The notes under the pieces are model-generated. The model was not told the origin of the DNA and did not search any database. It was given only the letters and a program-made list of their open reading frames with translations. Shown one piece after another: positions 17,492-20,000 of a DNA stretch of 20,000 bases. Every line of letters starts with the position of its first letter. Position 1 is the first letter of the stretch. The position numbers and the translations under genes were made by a program. This stretch comes from Halocafeteria seosinensis (taxonomy: Eukaryota): assembly GCA_001687465.1 (NCBI GenBank), contig LVLI01000067.1, positions 45,913 through 65,912 of the forward strand, read 5' to 3'.

Positions 17492-19465
17492 CTAGCGCGG
17501 AGATTCCTTTGAAGAAATATTCCTCTGTCGCGCGTCCGCCGAACTTTCGCTACTTTCCCTTGGAGGGTTCGACTGAACAAGTTCATCTGCTTGGTGCGAG
17601 GGACCCTGAGATGCCCTCGCTTGTCCTGTACCCTCATTCGGCGTCCTAGAACCGTGAGAAACTGTTTTTCTCCTTCGCTTTAGATCGACAATTATGACGG
17701 TGATGTTGTCTGTTGAGCCTCTGGACAAAGCCTCTTGCGTTAAAAGATCAGCAGCTTTCTGGACAGACCGATTTGACATAGTCAAGAAAGCCCCGACTTC
17801 AGCATTGGACACGACGTCCCAGAGCCCATCGGTGGCCAGGACAAGGTATTTATCCTCCTCCTCAAGAATCTTCGATTTTACTTCTGGTGTGGCTGTAACG
17901 AACGGCTTCAATAATCGATCACCTATTGCCCTGCGACGACAGAACGCACAAATAAAGGCTGAAAGAGAAACAGCACTCGGTATTAGTTTCGTTGTTATCT
18001 TACCTCGAAACAGCCAGCACTCCTTGTACCCGCCAAACTCCAAAAAATTGAACAATTCCACCTAGGTTGCGGATACGAGCGCTTTCATCCTGCCTATTCG
18101 GTTTATGGTCTTCCGTCAACAACACGGGTTCACCAGAGTCCTTTATCACTATTGCACGACTATCGCCCGCGTTGGCAACCCAAACCTGTGTGCCTGCTGT
18201 GGCACGAGTGACATACCGTGACTTCGGTCGGTGTTCTTGCTTCCCTTTGGAGTCACTTTCGGGTATATTCTCTGCTTCAATCCGACAACCGGCTAAAGTC
18301 GGTGGCGCTACTACTACAGCAACCACCGCTGTCGTGCCTTCATCCATTGGAGGGGTGGTAGAAGTCGCTACTTTTAGCCATGCCGTATCGAGAGCTTTGA
18401 ACATTGTCACGAGACCATTGGCGACTTGGTAAAACACTGTATGCTGGCCTCCCTCATCGTCACTGTGAGTGGATCGTTCAAATTCTACCTTTGCGTGATG
18501 TTGCATTTCTTCAGAATAACTCCGCAGAGGCTGTGCAATACACGCTTCCAAAGTTTTGACTAGACGCTGCGAGGCAAACTCGGCAGCACGGTCTCCACCG
18601 TGCCCATCGAAGACTGCATAGACCGATGCGTTCTCGAGGCCAGCGATTTTACCAGCCACTGTGTGCCGGTCTTCCATGTACGGTCGTCTCCCTACGTCGA
18701 GCGAGACAGAGTAAGGGAAAACTACATCTTTCTTTATTTGAGGCTTTGCAACCTTCGGGCGGAGGCAACAACGACACACCCATAGCACGAACCTGTGAAG
18801 GAGAAGTGAAGAGGAGTTTAAAGTAAAATGCACACCTGGGAGAGGAACAAGTATTCTACCTCGTCACATACATGGCCATCGTAGTTCGTATTTGGGGTGT
18901 GCTGCACATCATGTAAAACCCCATGANGATCACCGCCAGCACGATAACTCGCCAGTAGCTAGACCTGCAGACGAGCAATGTGCCAATTGATAAACCACAA
19001 AGTAACAAACAACCAAACTTAGCCGTCCACATACGCTGGCGAATTGGACTTCCACGTCGTATTAGGCAATGAAGGCTCATTCTCATGTGTTGCCGGGTAT
19101 TTGCCTGCTCGGCTGCGTTGCCGCGGCTTTCCTTTGTTTCTCTCTGGTTTGTGTGGAGTCTTCTTCTTATGATTGGAATTCTCTGTGGCGGGTCTATCTT
19201 GCTTTAGTGGCNTTGAAGAGGCAATATTATGAGCATCATGAGAACTGGGCGTCTCTTCCATTTGAGTTTGAGGCTGCTCCTGCACCGTGGAGGGGTTTGC
19301 AGCCACCACCACTCCGTACCGAGGGCCTTCCTGACCATATAAGGAAGAACATATTGTTGGGCGTTCTATACTGCTCCCATCAAAGGAGTGAGAAGAGGAG
19401 CAAGAAAGATAATAGATGAGAGAAAGAGCCCCCAAAAGGGCCCTTTTTCGCCTCTCATTGCCCAT
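17492..19465 (-). CDS. PP2C (PPM family) Ser/Thr phosphatase with predicted signal peptide and transmembrane helix; 4 exons, about 587 aa
   Basis: Exons 19465-19035, 18964-18860, 18792-18004, 17930-17492 (introns 70, 67, 73 nt; 1764 nt in frame). PP2C motifs: GRRPYMED, VFDGHGG, GTTA, ANAGDSRA, DHKP, RVQGVLAVSRAIGD, LATDGLWDV, GSTDNITV. The catalytic exons are secure; linkage of exon 1 is a prediction. Single N bases occur at 18927 and 19212. Confidence 0.88.
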
Positions 19466-19903
19466 GTCTCGTTTGCTCTATGCACGCTCCAAATTCAATT
19501 GTCATCCGATCATTACCCTCAATGACACTCACTAGACCATCGGTATACGTCGTAAATGCTACTATCTAACCTGGGAAAGCCTGCATAAATGCAGAATATC
19601 CCGGGTGACTAGTGAAACATTTGTTTGTTTTGTTCCGGGAAAGTTGAGAATCTTGAGGTTCCTGAGAGAGGCGGCTGTGTCATCGGAAAAACAATATCTA
19701 AGACCAAACTCGATGGAAATTGTGAAATTGTGAAATGAACTAACAAAGCCCTTGTAAACCATAAAAATATAATATTTTCAACTTTTGCACCCTTTCCCGT
19801 TAGGCTAGAAGCTTTCCAATTGGAATCAATCACTATCAAGAGGTGACAATTGTACCAGTACACACACACAAATGTGACAGATAGCCCACCGGCCGGGAAG
19901 TTG

Positions 19904-19999
19904 ACCGCATCCTCTTAACGAGGAGCGGTATGCGCCCGTGTTAAGCAGCGACGGGCCCGCTGTTCCTGCAGCCTTGCTGACATGCGCCGTGAGGGAACA
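19904..19999. other. GC-rich stretch that can fold into three consecutive hairpins; candidate structured RNA or cis-element, possibly truncated by the window edge
   Basis: ACCGC-A-TCCTC/GAGGA-GCGGT (19904-19929), GCCCGT/ACGGGC (19934-19956), TGTTCC/GGAACA (19961-19999). I recognised no family signature. Confidence 0.3.
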
Positions 20000-20000
20000 C

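Noticed and set aside
18927..19212. N bases as the cause of the frame change in the PP2C 5' region
   Set aside because: Each N counts as one base with the frame preserved; the frame change is explained by intron 19034-18965.
446..19869. The many 60-150 aa antisense, shifted-frame and intergenic ORFs in the track (for example 2133-2552, 11299-11640, 12177-12407, 19069-19419, 19609-19869)
   Set aside because: They overlap well-supported genes or begin at non-ATG codons and show no recognisable domains; consistent with shadow ORFs.

Overview
Gene-dense eukaryotic genomic DNA with the standard genetic code (TAA, TAG and TGA all used as stops). It most likely comes from a flagellated protist, because it carries a DNAAF5/HEATR2 dynein-assembly gene; the taxon cannot be fixed from sequence alone. 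Manual splicing gives eight complete protein genes with 22 GT-AG introns, 20 of them 59-73 nt. In order: mitochondrial-type small heat-shock protein (+), MFSD1-like MFS transporter (-), SDR resembling bacterial xylitol/polyol dehydrogenases (-), GH20 HexD-like hexosaminidase (+), RNI-like LRR protein with a p25-alpha/EF-hand-like C-terminus (-), cysteamine dioxygenase/plant cysteine oxidase (+), DNAAF5 (+, intronless) and a PP2C phosphatase with predicted signal peptide and transmembrane helix (-). I saw no mobile elements, CRISPR arrays, rRNA or tRNA. The strongest leads are the receptor-like PP2C, the enlarged ADO/PCO, the intron-rich bacterial-type polyol dehydrogenase head-to-head with HexD, a composite upstream motif shared by two genes 15 kb apart, and a three-hairpin GC-rich element at the right edge. 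Family calls rest on motif recognition from memory; no searches were run.
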